A stretch of 64,000 bases of DNA from Octopus vulgaris (Eukaryota). Positions 1-13,899 of this stretch are shown here, one piece after another. The position numbers and the translations under genes were made by a program. Every line of letters starts with the position of its first letter. The stretch's first letter is position 1. The DNA lies in NCBI GenBank assembly GCA_951406725.2, contig OX597837.1, positions 30,070,001 to 30,134,000 on the forward strand, read 5' to 3'. The notes under the pieces were generated by a model, which saw only the letters and a program-made list of their open reading frames with translations, was not told the origin of the DNA and searched no databases.

Positions 1-164
1 GATTGTAAGATTGCTGTTATCACATAGCAATTTTATAGATTGCAACCTTGCAATCTCCCTAAATGAAGAATCGGTAAGTGAGGTGGGTGACCCCTGTTAA
101 GGAGGGACTAAATGGAATACATGTTAACTCTGACCGTCAGCAGCTTTACTTTTTTATTTGCTGT

Positions 165-2365
165 CATCATCATCATCATCATCATCGCCTTCATCATCAT
201 CATCGCCTTCATCATCATCATCGCCTTCATCATCATCGTAATTGTCCCCAGCATCGTCATTATCATCAACTTCATTGCTATTGGTATCATCGTCAGTGTC
301 ATCATCATCATCATCATCATCATTTTTGCCATTATCGCCATCGTTCACATCATCATCACCAGCATCATCGCCTTCATCATCATCGTCATTATCATCAGCT
401 TCATTGCTATTGGTATCATCGTCAGTGTCATCATCATCATCATCATCATCATAATTTTTGCCATTATCATCATCGTTCACATCATCATCACCAGCATCAT
501 CGCCTTCATCATCATCGTCATTATCATCAGCTTCATTGCTATTGGTATCATCATTATTGTCATCATCATCATCATCATCATTTTTGCCATTATCGTCATC
601 GTTCACATCATCATCACCAGCATCATCGCCTTCATCATCATCGTCATTATCATCAGCTTCATTGCTATTGGTATCATCGTCAGTGTCATCATCATCATCA
701 TCATCATCATCATTTTTGCCATTATCGCCGTTGTTCACATCATCATCACCAGCATCATCGCCTTCATCATCATCGTCATTATCATCAGTTTCATTGCTAT
801 TGGTATCATCGTCAGTGTCATCATCATCATCATCATCATTTTTGCCATTATCGCCGTTGTTCACATCATCACCAGCATCATCGCCTTCATCATCATCGTC
901 ATTATCATCAGCTTCATTGCTATTGGTATCATCATTATTGTCATCATCATCATCATCATCATTTATGCCATTATCGTCATCGTTCACATCATCATCACCA
1001 GCATCATTGCCTTCATCATCATCGTCATTATCATCAGCTTCATTGCTATTGGTATCATCGTCAGTGTCATCATCATCATCATCATCATCATTTTTGCCAT
1101 TATCGCCATCGTTCACATCATCATCACCAGTATCATCGCCTTCATCATCATCGTCATTATCATCAGCTTCATTGCTATTGGTATCATCGTCAGTGTCATC
1201 ATCATCATCATCATCATCATCATTTTTGCCATTATCGCCGTTGTTCACATCATCATCACCAGCATCATCGCCTTCATCATCATCGTCATTATCATCAGCT
1301 TCATTGCTATTGGTATCATCGTCAGTGTCATCATCATCATCATCATCATCATCATTTTTGCCATTATCGCCGTTGTTCACATCATCATCACCAGCATCAT
1401 CGCCTTCATCATCATCGTCATTATCATCAGCTTCATTGCTATTGGTATCATCGTCAGTGTCATCATCATCATCATCATCATCATTTTTGCCATTATCGCC
1501 ATCGTTCACATCATCATCACCAGCATCATCGCCTTCATCATCATCGTCATTATCATCAGCTTCATTGCTATTGGTATCATCGTCAGTGTCATCATCATCA
1601 TCATCATCATTTTTGCCATTATCGCCGTTGTTCACATCATCATCACCAGCATCATTGCCTTCATCATCATCGTCATTATCATCAGCTTCATTGCTATTGG
1701 TATCATCGTCAGTGTCATCATCATCATCATCATCATCATCATTTTTGCCATTATCGCCGTTGTTCACATCATCATCACCAGCATCATTGCCTTCATCATC
1801 ATCGTCATTATCATCAGCTTCATTGCTATTGGTATCATCGTCAGTGTCATCATCATCATCATCATCATCATCATTTTTGCCATTATCGCCGTTGTTCACA
1901 TCATCATCACCAGCATCATTGCCTTCATCATCATCGTCATTATCATCAGCTTCATTGCTATTGGTATCATCGTCAGTGTCATCATCATCATCATCATCAT
2001 CATCATTTTTGCCATTATCGCCGTTGTTCACATCATCATCACCAGCATCATTGCCTTCATCATCATCGTCATTATCATCAGCTTCATTGCTATTGGTATC
2101 ATCGTCAGTGTCATCATCATCATCATCATTTTTGCCATTATCGCCGTTGTTCACATCATCATCACCAGCATCATTGCCTTCATCATCATCGTCATTATCA
2201 TCAGCTTCATTGCTATTGGTATCATCGTCAGTGTCATCATCATCATCATCATCATCATCATTTTTGCCATTATCGCCGTTGTTCACATCATCATCACCAG
2301 CATCATTGCCTTCATCATCATCGTCATTATCATCAGCTTCATTGCTATTGGTATCATCGTCAGTG

Positions 2366-2396
<31 letters not shown>

Positions 2397-3268
2397 TTTT
2401 GCCATTATCGCCGTTGTTCACATCATCATCACCAGCATCATCGCCTTCATCATCATCGTCATTATCATCAGCTTCATTGCTATTGGTATCATCGTCAGTG
2501 TCATCATCATCATCATCATCATCATTTTTGCCATTATCGCCATCGTTCACATCATCATCACCAGTATCATCGCCTTCATCATCATCGTCATTATCATCAG
2601 CTTCATTGCTATTGGTATCATCGTCAGTGTCATCATCATCATCATCATCATCATTTTTGCCATTATCGCCATCGTTCACATCATCATCACCAGCATCATC
2701 ACCTTCATCATCATCGTCATTATCATCAGCTTCATTGCTATTGGTATCATCGTCAGTGTCATCATCATCATCATCATCATTTTTGCCATTATCGCCATCG
2801 TTCACATCATCATCACCAGTATCATCACCTTCATCATCATCGTCATTATCATCAGCTTCATTGCTATTGGTATCATCGTCAGTGTCATCATCATCATCAT
2901 CATCATCATTTTTGCCATTATCGCCATCGTTCACATCATCATCACCAGTATCATCACCTTCATCATCATCGTCATTATCATCAGCTTCATTGCTATTGGT
3001 ATCATCGTCAGTGTCATCATCATCATCATCATCATTTTTGCCATTATCGTCATCGTTCACATCATCATCACCAGCATCATCGCCTTCATCATCATCGTCA
3101 TTATCATCAGCTTCATTGCTATTGGTATCATCGTCAGTGTCATCATCATCATCATCATCATCATTTTTGCCATTATCGCCATCGTTCACATCATCATCAC
3201 CAGTATCATCACCTTCATCATCATCGTCATTATCATCAGCTTCATTGCTATTGGTATCATCGTCAGTG

Positions 3269-3308
<40 letters not shown>

Positions 3309-3922
3309 TTTTGCCATTATCGCCATCGTTCACATCATCATCACCAGTATCATCACCTTCATCATCATCATCATTATCATCAGCTTCATTGCTATTGGTA
3401 TCATCGTCAGTGTCATCATCATCATCATCATCATTTTTGCCATTATCGTCATCGTTCACATCATCATCACCAGCATCATCGCCTTCATCATCATCGTCAT
3501 TATCATCAGCTTCATTGCTATTGGTATCATCGTCAGTGTCATCATCATCATCATCATCATCATTTTTGCCATTATCGCCATCGTTCACATCATCATCACC
3601 AGTATCATCACCTTCATCATCATCGTCATTATCATCAGCTTCATTGCTATTGGTATCATCGTCAGTGTCATCATCATCATCATCATCATTTTTGCCATTA
3701 TCGTCATCGTTCACATCATCATCACCAGCATCATCGCCTTCATCATCATCGTCATTATCATCAGCTTCATTGCTATTGGTATCATCGTCAGTGTCATCAT
3801 CATCATCATCATCATCATTTTTGCCATTATCGCCATCGTTCACATCATCATCACCAGTATCATCACCTTCATCATCATCGTCATTATCATCAGCTTCATT
3901 GCTATTGGTATCATCGTCAGTG

Positions 3923-3959
<37 letters not shown>

Positions 3960-4318
3960 TTTTGCCATTATCGCCATCGTTCACATCATCATCACCAGCA
4001 TCATCGCCTTCATCATCATCGTCATTATCATCAGCTTCATTGCTATTGGTATCATCGTCAGTGTCATCATCATCATCATCATCATTTTTGCCATTATCGT
4101 CATCGTTCACATCATCATCACCAGCATCATCGCCTTCATCATCATCGTCATTATCATCAGCTTCATTGCTATTGGTATCATCGTCAGTGTCATCATCATC
4201 ATCATCATCATCATTTTTGCCATTATCGCCATCGTTCACATCATCATCACCAGTATCATCACCTTCATCATCATCGTCATTATCATCAGCTTCATTGCTA
4301 TTGGTATCATCGTCAGTG

Positions 4319-4355
<37 letters not shown>

Positions 4356-6680
4356 TTTTGCCATTATCGCCATCGTTCACATCATCATCACCAGCATCAT
4401 CGCCTTCATCATCATCGTCATTATCATCAGCTTCATTGCTATTGGTATCATCGTCAGTGTCATCATCATCATCATCATCATCATTTTTGCCATTATCGCC
4501 ATCGTTCACATCATCATCACCAGCATCATCGCCTTCATCATCATCGTCATTATCATCAGCTTCATTGCTATTGGTATCATCGTCAGTGTCATCATCATCA
4601 TCATCATCATCATTTTTGCCATTATCGCCATCGTTCACATCATCATCACCAGCATCATCGCCTTCATCATCATCGTCATTATCATCAGCTTCATTGCTAT
4701 TGGTATCATCGTCAGTGTCATCATCATCATCATCATCATCGCCATTATCGCCATCGTTCACATCATCATCACCAGTATCATCGCCTTCATCATCATCGTC
4801 ATTATCATCAGCTTCATTGCTATTGGTATCATCGTCAGTGTCATCATCATCATCATCATCATCATTTTTGCCATTATCGCCATCGTTCACATCATCATCA
4901 CCAGCATCATCGCCTTCATCATCATCGTCATTATCATCAGCTTCATTGCTATTGGTATCATCGTCAGTGTCATCATCATCATCATCATCATCATTTTTGC
5001 CATTATCGCCATCGTTCACATCATCATCACCAGCATCATCGCCTTCATCATCATCGTCATTATCATCAGCTTCATTGCTATTGGTATCATCGTCAGTGTC
5101 ATCATCATCATCATCATCATCATTTTTGCCATTATCGCCATCGTTCACATCATCATCACCAGCATCATCGCCTTCATCATCATCGTCATTATCATCAGCT
5201 TCATTGCTATTGGTATCATCGTCAGTGTCATCATCATCATCATCATCATCATTTTTGCCATTATCGCCATCGTTCACATCATCATCACCAGTATCATCGC
5301 CTTCATCATCATCGTCATTATCATCAGCTTCATTGCTATTGGTATCATCGTCAGTGTCATCATCATCATCATCATCATCATTTTTGCCATTATTGCCATC
5401 GTTCACATCATCATCACCAGCATCATCGCCTTCATCATCATCGTCATTATCATCAGCTTCATTGCTATTGGTATCATCGTCAGTGTCATCATCATCATCA
5501 TCATCATCATTTTTGCCATTATCGCCATCGTTCACATCATCATCACCAGTATCATCGCCTTCATCATCATCGTCATTATCATCAGCTTCATTGCTATTGG
5601 TATCATCGTCAGTGTCATCATCATCATCATCATCATCATTTTTGCCATTATCGCCATCGTTCACATCATCATCACCAGCATCATCGCCTTCATCATCATT
5701 GTCATTATCATCAGCTTCATTGCTATTGGTATCATCGTCAGTGTCATCATCATCATCATCATCATTTTTGCCATTATCGCCATCGTTCACATCATCATCA
5801 CCAGTATCATCGCCTTCATCATCATCGTCATTATCATCAGCTTCATTGCTATTGGTATCATCGTCAGTGTCATCATCATCATCATCATTTTTGCCATTAT
5901 CGCCATCGTTCACATCATCATCACCAGCATCATCACCTTCATCATCATCGTCATTATCATCAGCTTCATTGCTATTGGTATCATCGTCAGTGTCATCATC
6001 ATCATCATCATTTTTGCCATTATCGCCATCGTTCACATCATCATCACCAGTATCATCGCCTTCATCATCATCGTCATTATCATCAGCTTCATTGCTATTG
6101 GTATCATCGTCAGTGTCATCATCATCATCATCATCATCATTTTTGCCATTATCGCCATCGTTCACATCATCATCACCAGCATCATCGCCTTCATCATCAT
6201 CGTCATTATCATCAGCTTCATTGCTATTGGTATCATCGTCAGTGTCATCATCATCATCATCATTTTTGCCATTATCGCCATCGTTCACATCATCATCACC
6301 AGCATCATCACCTTCATCATCATCGTCATTATCATCAGCTTCATTGCTATTGGTATCATCGTCAGTGTCATCATCATCATCATCATCATCATTTTTGCCA
6401 TTATCGCCATTGTTCACATCATCATCACCAGCATCATTGCCTTCATCATCATCGTCATTATCATCAGCTTCATTGCTATTGGTATCATCGTCAGTGTCAT
6501 CGTCATCATCGCCATTATCATCATAGTTCACATCATCATCACCAGCATCATTATTGTCATCATTATCAGCATCACCATCACTATCGTCATCGTCTTCATT
6601 GTGCTCAGCATCTTCACCATCACCATCACCACCAGCATCATCATCATCATTGTCTTCGTCATCATTATCACCATCATTAA
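165..6680. repeat. CAT-derived minisatellite, unit ~129 bp, roughly 49 copies
   Basis: Recurrent unit gccttcatcatcatcgtcattatcatcagcttcattgctattggtatcatcgtcagtgt(cat)n ttttgccattatcgccatcgttcac. Length varies only in whole triplets. Copy number estimated from span divided by period. Confidence 0.97.
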
Positions 6681-7399
6681 CGTTACAATGTCCATGTTAC
6701 CATGGTTGCATGGATCAAGACAGAATTTTGTCGAGGTAAATTTTTTCTGGCCAGACACCCTTCCCGTTGCCAAGACTCACCTGTTTAAATTAAATTAATA
6801 ACATAAAACACATAAGCACTGTCCATTCTAAGGCATCCAGCCATTTTACCCTATATTCTTCATACGGGCGAGGCCATTGGCGAAGCCAGTGTGTTTTCAC
6901 AGAAGATTAAAAATGAAAGACACCATTTGTATAACGGTACTTGTGCTTGCTATGGCATTCCCTTGAGGTGGGTTGAGTTAGCTCCAACCAACAAGTTGGC
7001 CATGTCCCTCACAAATGCTGGTTGGTCCTAACATCCGATGGTTGGTCCTAACAGTCCAGCTGGCAAAGTAATGCTATTGCCTGTGGCCCAAGAATCCAGC
7101 TTCCAAATTTCACAACTTACCCTTCCATGCTTCGGAGAGCATGGACACCATAGCAGTCAGTTATTGTTGAGATGTAGAGTTCATGTTTGGAGTATTCAGA
7201 AGGAATACGCCAAACATGGTCCCAGGTCACATTCATACAATCTTTGGGATAGTGTAACGCATAGCAGCTCTTCTTGCAGTTGATTATCAACCATCACAGA
7301 GGATTCTCTGACGAAGTCGTTGCCGAATTTTGGAGCAGGTGTAGCCTGGGTGTGAAACGGGTGGTACACATGCCAGTCGACCCATGGCTGGGACCCTAA

Positions 7400-7650
7400 C
7401 GAGCTGGCAGAATCGTTAGCGCGCCGGGTGAAATGCTTTATGGTATTTCGTCTGCCGCTACGTTCTGAGTTCAAATTCCGCCAAGGTCGACTTTGCCTTT
7501 TATCCTTTCGGGGTCGATAAATTAAGTACCAGTTACGCACTGGGGTCGATAAATTAAGTACCAGTTATGCACTGGGGTCGATGTAATCGACTTAATCCGT
7601 TTCTCTGTCCTCTCTGTGTTTAGCCCCTTGTGGGTAGTAAAGAAGTAGGT
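7400..7650 (+). mobile_element. SINE family B (tRNA-like head, gcctttcatcctttcggggtcgataaa core)
   Basis: gagctggcagaatcgttagc...gagttcaaattcc (B-box-like); many copies in the window. Confidence 0.85.
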
Positions 7651-8124
7651 GCTACTGCTCTGGGATAGAGTAGACCTTGGAACAATAGTGTAAGTAAGTA
7701 AGAAAGGTCCTTCTCGAGTCATACAGACTCAGAAGGGCTGGTTTCCTGGTTTCCATGGCATATACGTTCCCCACTTGAACGGGACGCTAGTCTGTTGCAG
7801 GATTACTCATTTTTGCCAGCTGAGTGGACCGGAGCAATGTGAAATGAAGTCTTTTACTCAAGAACACAATGCGTTGCCTGGCCCAGGAATTGAAACCAGA
7901 ATCTTACAATCACAAGTCCAACACACTAACCACTTAGCCACGCACCTCATTTGGAACAATAGTGACTAACAGGTACTTCCACACCCCTCAAAACCCAGGA
8001 ATTCCCATTCCAAAGTCTCACTACCGGATGCAATTTAAAATTCTACCCTGGACTTTATATGATCGTAACCCTTGTTTGCAACTGTGATGTGATGTCAAAA
8101 CAGAGACGTACACATAAACATATA

Positions 8125-8392
8125 GTGTTGGCTGCGGGGTCACTCCGAAAAGCTCTATCTGCAACGATTTCATCTCAATCGAAGGAGAGGGGCTTTCTCC
8201 GTCCGGGTTGCGGATCCGTGGAATAAGCTGCTGGACGAGATAATGAAGATGCTGACGACCGCTCGGTTCAAAGTCTCTCTTGACCAGAAATGGCCTGAAC
8301 TTTTTGCATGAACACCCTCTCTGTACATAACTCCATGTCCCCCTACATGGCCTTGCTTTTTGCTTTTTGAGCCAAAAAATTAACTTAACTTA
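8125..8392 (+). mobile_element. 5'-truncated CR1-type LINE, 3' end
   Basis: Translates LRGHSEKLYLQRFHLNRRRGAFSVRVADPWNKL...FKVSLDQKWPELFA*, the CR1 ORF2 C-terminal RGH/RV/WN/FK pattern, followed by a (ttaac)n tail. Confidence 0.8.
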
Positions 8393-8618
8393 ACACTAAC
8401 CACTTAGCCACGCACCTCACTTGGAACGGCAGTGGCTAACAGGTACTTCCACACTCCTCAAAACCCAGGAATTCCCATTCCAAAGTCTCACTACCGGATG
8501 CAATTTAAAATTTTACCCAGGACTTTCTATAATTGTAACCCTTGTTTGCAACTGTGATGTAATGTCAAAACAGAGACGTACACATAGACATATGCATTCA
8601 CACATATAAAGATGTGTA

Positions 8619-8932
8619 GAGGCACATGGCCTAGTGGTTAGAGCAGTGGACTCGCGGCCGAGGGATCACGGGTTCGAATCTCAGACCGGACGATGTGTGT
8701 GTTTATGAGCGAAACACCTAAGCTCCACGCGGCTCCGGCAGAAGGTAATGGCGAAACTTCTGCTGACTCTTTCGCCACAACTTTCTCTCACTCTTACCTC
8801 CTGCATCTTGCAGCTCACCTGTGATGGACTGGCGTCCCGTCCAGTTGGGGAACCTATACGCCAAGAAACCGGGAAACCGGCCCTTATGAGCCAGGCATAG
8901 CTTGAGAAGGAACAAAAACCAAAAAAAAAAAA
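8619..8932 (+). mobile_element. tRNA-derived SINE (family D) with a V-domain-like segment
   Basis: A-box tggcctagtggttag, B-box gggttcgaatctc, internal cctgtgatggactggcgtcccgtccag resembling the V-SINE core, A-rich tail. Confidence 0.75.
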
Positions 8933-9295
8933 ACACATGTACAGATACACACACTTACATGCACGTGCAATGGACTTCCTTCAGCTTTCATATTCATGCA
9001 CAAAGCTTTGATTGGCCCTGGGTCTATAGTAGAAGACATCTGCCTAAGATGCCACTGAATGGGACTGTACTCAAAACTATGAGGCTGGCCTGCAAACTTC
9101 TTCACCACACAGATTTACCTACACCTATTAACCTGTGGGAATGATTGTTATTACTGTTTAGCCATCCCAACCATGAACATCCTGTCTCTTATCTGATATA
9201 TTGCATATCAAAGATTACATTATTAAATATGGCTTTTGAAGAGGGATTTGATTGCTATATCTAGCAGGCTGATCAGTCACAATAAGAATGTGAAG

Positions 9296-9700
9296 CTGGC
9301 AGAAACGGTAGCACGCTGGGCGAAATGCTTAGCAGTATTTCGTCTGTCGCTACATTCTGAGTTCAAATTCCGCCGAGGTCGACTTTGCCTTTCATCCTTT
9401 CGGGGTTGATAAATAAAGTACCAGTTGCTCACTGGGGTCGATGTAATCGACTTAATCCCCTTGCCTGTCCTTGTTTGTCCCCTCTATGTTTAGCCCCTTG
9501 TGGGTAATAAAGAAATAGGTATTTCGTCTGTCGTTACGTTCTGAGTTCAAATTCCGCCGAGGTTGACTTTGCCTTTAATCCTTTCGGGGTTGATAAATAA
9601 AGTACCAGTTGCTCACTGGGGTCGATGTAATCGACTTAATCCCTTTGTCTGTCCTTGTTTGTCCCCTCTATGTTTAGCCTCTTTTGGGCAATAAAGAAAT
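9296..9700 (+). mobile_element. SINE family B dimer
   Basis: Two units joined at aaagaaatag|gtatttcgtc. Confidence 0.85.
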
Positions 9701-9956
9701 ATATATTGATGTCCTACATTAGCTTAATGCCTGAAATTTCACAGTAGGGGGACATAATCAATGGAAAAGACCCTACTTATTTTATCAGTCCCAGGTTGAT
9801 AGATGTTCCAAGTCATCCATGTCAAAATTTGAACTTGGAATATGACAGCTTGTAACTACCTTATTTACCCACATATAAACCACATCCCAGTTTTTTTCAC
9901 ATAAGAATCAAATATAAAACGGTGTGACTTATACCTGAGTAAATATGGTAACTATA

Positions 9957-10368
9957 TAGGTGCAGGAGTGGCTGTGTGGTAAGTAGCTTGCTAACTAACC
10001 ACATGGTTCCGGGTTCAGTCCCACTACGTGGCATCTTGGGCAAGTGTCTTTTGCTATAGCCCTGGGCCGACCAATGCCTTGTGAGTGGATTTGGTAGACG
10101 GAAACTGAAAGAAACCTGTCGTATATATATATATATATATATATATGCGTGTGTGTGTTTGTGTGTCTGTGTTTGTCCCCCTAGCATTGCTTGACAACCG
10201 ATGCTGGTGTGTTTACGTCCCCGTCACCTAGCGGTTCGCCAAAAGAGACCGATAGAATAAGTACTTGGCTTACAAAGAATAAGTCGCGGGGTCAATTTGC
10301 TCGACTAAAGGCGGTGCTCCAGCATGGCCGCAGTCAAATGACTGAAACAAGTAAAAGAGTAAAGAGAG
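9957..10368 (+). mobile_element. tRNA-derived SINE family A with internal (TA)n(TG)n (representative copy)
   Basis: Head ggtgcaggagtggctgtgtggtaag...gggttcagtccc and tail gactgaaacaagtaaaagag. Other full or partial copies lie near 10583, 13145(-), 21363, 23722, 26470, 29628, 30681, 36495(-), 38243, 38797, 42270, 42727, 43143, 48150(-), 52510(-), 54585(-), 55334, 57950, 58358 and 59128. Confidence 0.9.
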
Positions 10369-11171
10369 TATTGAATCTAATGAAGGTCGCTTGTGGGAGG
10401 GGAATAAGTTTTTCTCAATTGTAATTGTGGGAACTGAAAAACCAATGATGTCACAACTCATTTCTACATTTGAGTGAACTGGTGCAACATAAAATAAAGT
10501 GTCTTGCTCAAGAACACAACACACAGATCCAGAATTTGTTGGTCAGATCCAGTGCAGAAGATTTGAAATGAATTGGATGAGTCTAGGCGCAGGAGTGGCA
10601 GTGTGGTAAGTAGCTTGTTTACCAACCACACGGTTCCGGGTTCAGTCCCACTGCGTGACATCTTGGGCAAGTGTCTTCTACTATAGCCTCGGTCTGACCA
10701 AAGCCTTGTGAGTGAATTTGGTAGACGGAAAGTGAAAGAAGCCTGTCGTGTATATATATATATATATATATATATATCCAGTCCAGGAATTGAACTCACT
10801 ACTTCACGATTGTGAGCCTGATGCTCTAACCACTGAGCCATGTGCCCTCACTAATATATTTTCAACCCTGCTGTTTGGTATCACATCCTCCTCACCTAGT
10901 AAATAAGCTGTCTCACTGACCACTTGACCACAAGACTGGATCGGAAGTCACCAATATTTAATGTTAAGCCTGTTACCAGAGACAGGCTTGATAGAAACCA
11001 TAGCAGATTGTATTCCGGTTCCTCACATGATAATTTGTGTTTTGTGTCTTTTATTTTGTTGTTGTTGTTGTTGTTGTTGTTGTCGTTGTCGTCGTCGTCG
11101 TCCTTCTTCTTCTTCTTCTTCTTCTTCTCCACCTCTCCCTCCTGTTATCATCATCGTTAGTTTTGGCTTAA

Positions 11172-11393
11172 CCCTTTAGTGTTTAAACCAGCCATATCCG
11201 GCCCAAATATTCTATATGTTTTATATTCAAACTGGCAATATCTAGCCTTTCACACCTAACCGACAATGCCATTCTAAAAATAAACAGTCACATCATTGAA
11301 ACCTCAAAGCTATGAAATAATGCTTGATTAATTCAAAACAATTTGAATAAAAAAAAATATTACATTTAACAGAGTAATCTGAACACTAAAGGT
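11172..11393. mobile_element. piggyBac-type MITE
   Basis: TTAA|CCCTTTAGTGTT ... AACACTAAAGG; same family as 36964-37182. Confidence 0.8.
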
Positions 11394-11619
11394 TCAATGA
11401 CCTGCCTGAAACCCCAAAATCTTAGTGCCACATGAGAGTTTACAAACTTGAGAAATCATTTTCAAAATGTAAAAAAAAAAAAAAAAAAATACACTATGGA
11501 TTTCAAATTAAAAACAGAAAAACTATTGATTTCAAAGAAAAAAAGTCATTTATTTTGCATTTTGTTTGCATTTGTTGTTGTTGTATGTTAGTAAATAACA
11601 TTATTTATGTCGTTTGCAG

Positions 11620-11772
11620 CTAGAACTTGGAATCAAAGTTGGTACACCCCAGTCAGATTTGGCTCCAATTTATATGTCATTGGCACAGACTTACCAAGAT
11701 GACTGCCAGTATGAAAACGCCATTGAATATTATCAGAGGGAACTCGATAATATTAAGGACAATCCAGAACAG
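11620..11772 (+). CDS. TONSL: Tonsoku-like protein, internal exon (TPR region): LELGIKVGTPQSDLAPIYMSLAQTYQDDCQYENAIEYYQRELDNIKDNPEQ
   Basis: Acceptor tttgcag| and donor CAG|gtaatt, 153 nt, phase 0/0. TPR-like helix pair. From memory it resembles the vertebrate TONSL segment A.I..SLA.T..D......A...Y..EL and is collinear with the next three exons. No database search was run. Confidence 0.82.
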
Positions 11773-12126
11773 GTAATTTTAGCTAGCTTTATATTCTATA
11801 TACTGTGCAAACAACTGACCTCCCTTGGGATATTGTGAATGAAAGTTGTACTTATTTTACAAACAAAAGAAGTGTGAAATGTGTGTGTGTGTGTGTGTGT
11901 GTGCACATGCATGTGTGTGTATATGTGTGTTGGAGAGAAATTAAGTAACTTGAGAAAAAGAGAATTTGATATAAATTTAAATTTGCAAATTTCACATGTT
12001 TACATATCCACACAAACACATGTGTGCGCACATAATCACACACACACACACACACACATATACATATCATAATTAAAACTATAAGCTTTCACAGCATATT
12101 GACGATAAAAAGTAGTCTAATATTAA

Positions 12127-12309
12127 CCCTTTCATTACTGTATTTATTTTGAGATGCTCTGTGTTTCTTTCAATTATTTCAAATATAACAAAGAATTTAA
12201 TAAATTAACTTAGTTATCATTAAGCTAGTGTTAGGAACATAAATTTTAACTAAGATTTGTTGGAAGATTTGAATTCAAAACTTATGAAAACAAGTTGGTA
12301 ATGAAAGGG
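12127..12309. mobile_element. piggyBac-type MITE (second family)
   Basis: TTAA|CCCTTTCATTAC ... GTAATGAAAGGG|TTAA: perfect 12-bp TIRs and TTAA TSD. Confidence 0.88.
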
Positions 12310-12660
12310 TTAAGGTCTGTAAACACCCGTAATGAAAGAAATGGGCATTAGTATTTGTATATATGTGTGTATGTGTATTTAGGTATATATATATATTCGA
12401 AACATGCATTGAGTCGAACCAGGGACAGCTGATGAAGGGGAATTTTCCTTGTATTGTTTGTCCTGTACTCTGTTTTTTCGTTGTTTAAAAAAAGTCTGTT
12501 TCCTTGTTTGATTTTATGTTTTCGTCTCTCGTGTTTTACGTTTATTTGTGGTGTCCTGTACTCATATATATATATATATATATATATCCATGTATATATA
12601 CATGTAGATGTAAGTGTGTACATATATGTATGTATATATGCATATATTTTATTTATTTAT

Positions 12661-12701
<41 letters not shown>

Positions 12702-12865
12702 TATATACATGTGATTGTGTAGTTGAAAAATATACTTGCATCCTGACCACATGGTTTCAGGTTCAGTCCATCTGTGTGGCACCTTGGATAACTGTTTTCT
12801 GTTTAGTGGGAACCAACGAAGGTTGGTGACAGGGAGAGCATCGAACCATAGAAAACTGGTCTTAA

Positions 12866-13086
12866 CCCTTTTGTTACTGTATTTATTTTGAAATGTGCTG
12901 TGTTGCTTTCAATTATTTTAAATATAACAAAGAATTTAATAAAATAACTTAGTTATCATTCAGCTAGTGTTAGGAACATAAATTGTGACTAAGATTTGGT
13001 GGAAGATTTTAATTCAAAGCTTACGAAAAAAATGACATTTGTACTCAGAGCTAGGGCCTGTTTCAGCCGGGTTGGTAATGAAAGGG
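12866..13086. mobile_element. piggyBac-type MITE (second family, second copy)
   Basis: TTAA|CCCTTTTGTTAC ... GTAATGAAAGGG|TTAA; body similar to 12127-12309. Confidence 0.85.
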
Positions 13087-13144
13087 TTAATCCTCCTCCT
13101 CATTGTCGTTGGCATCATCATCTCTATACTAATTATTCATCTCT

Positions 13145-13550
13145 TTTTCTCTTTTTACTCTTTTTACTTGTTTCAGTCATTTGACTGCGGCCATGCTGGA
13201 GCACCGCCTTTAGTCGAGCAACTCGACTTATTCTTTGTAAGCCCAGTACTTATTCTATCGGCCTCTTTTGCCGAACCGCTAGGTGACGGGGACGTAAACA
13301 CACCAGCATCAGTTGTCAAGCAATGCTAGGGGAACAAACACAGACACAAACATATTCACACACATTTATATATATATACATATATACGACAGGCTTCTTT
13401 CAGTTTCCGTCTACCAAATCCACTCACAAGGCATTGGTCGGCCCGGGGCTATAGCAGAAGACACTTGCCCAAGATGCCACGCAGTGGGACTGAACCCGGA
13501 ACCATGTGGTTGGTTAGCAAGCTACTTACCAAACAGCCACTCCTGCGCCT
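13145..13550 (-). mobile_element. SINE family A
   Basis: Reverse complement of the 9957-10368 family. Confidence 0.9.
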
Positions 13551-13861
13551 AACTATACTGTTATTTACTTTTCGTTTCCTCTCAATATAAGCAAAGAAAA
13601 GAAAAAAAAGGCAATGCCTAGTAGACGCACAATGTAAGAGTGCACCTTTGATGCAAGCTCGGTGGAGGGTCACTCTAATGTCTATCTAAAACTGCAAGCA
13701 ATTACGCAAATTTTCACTTTGAATATTTGCGTAAACTGGCACTGCAAGTAGAGTTGGTACAAAAGCAATTGTAATGAATCATTAAAGATATGTTAAAGAA
13801 TTTCTTAGCCGTATTATTATTTGGATGATCTACATATTCATATATGCACATATATATACAC

Positions 13862-13892
<31 letters not shown>

Positions 13893-13899
13893 ATATTTT

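Noticed and set aside
78-6798. His-, Ile- and Ser-rich ORFs of 2000-2200 aa as genes
   Set aside because: They are the three readings of a CAT-based repeat that lacks stop codons by composition; there is no domain content
6930-7400. Additional TONSL exon upstream of 11620
   Set aside because: No frame with TPR-like sequence and matching splice sites was found; the previous exon probably lies outside the window
8619-8690. Functional tRNA genes at SINE heads
   Set aside because: A/B boxes run directly into SINE bodies, and a complete cloverleaf with a Pol III terminator is not evident
12395-12470. Hammerhead at cagCTGATGAagggg
   Set aside because: The stem after CTGATGA is followed by gtat rather than GAAA; at most a decayed PLE-like end
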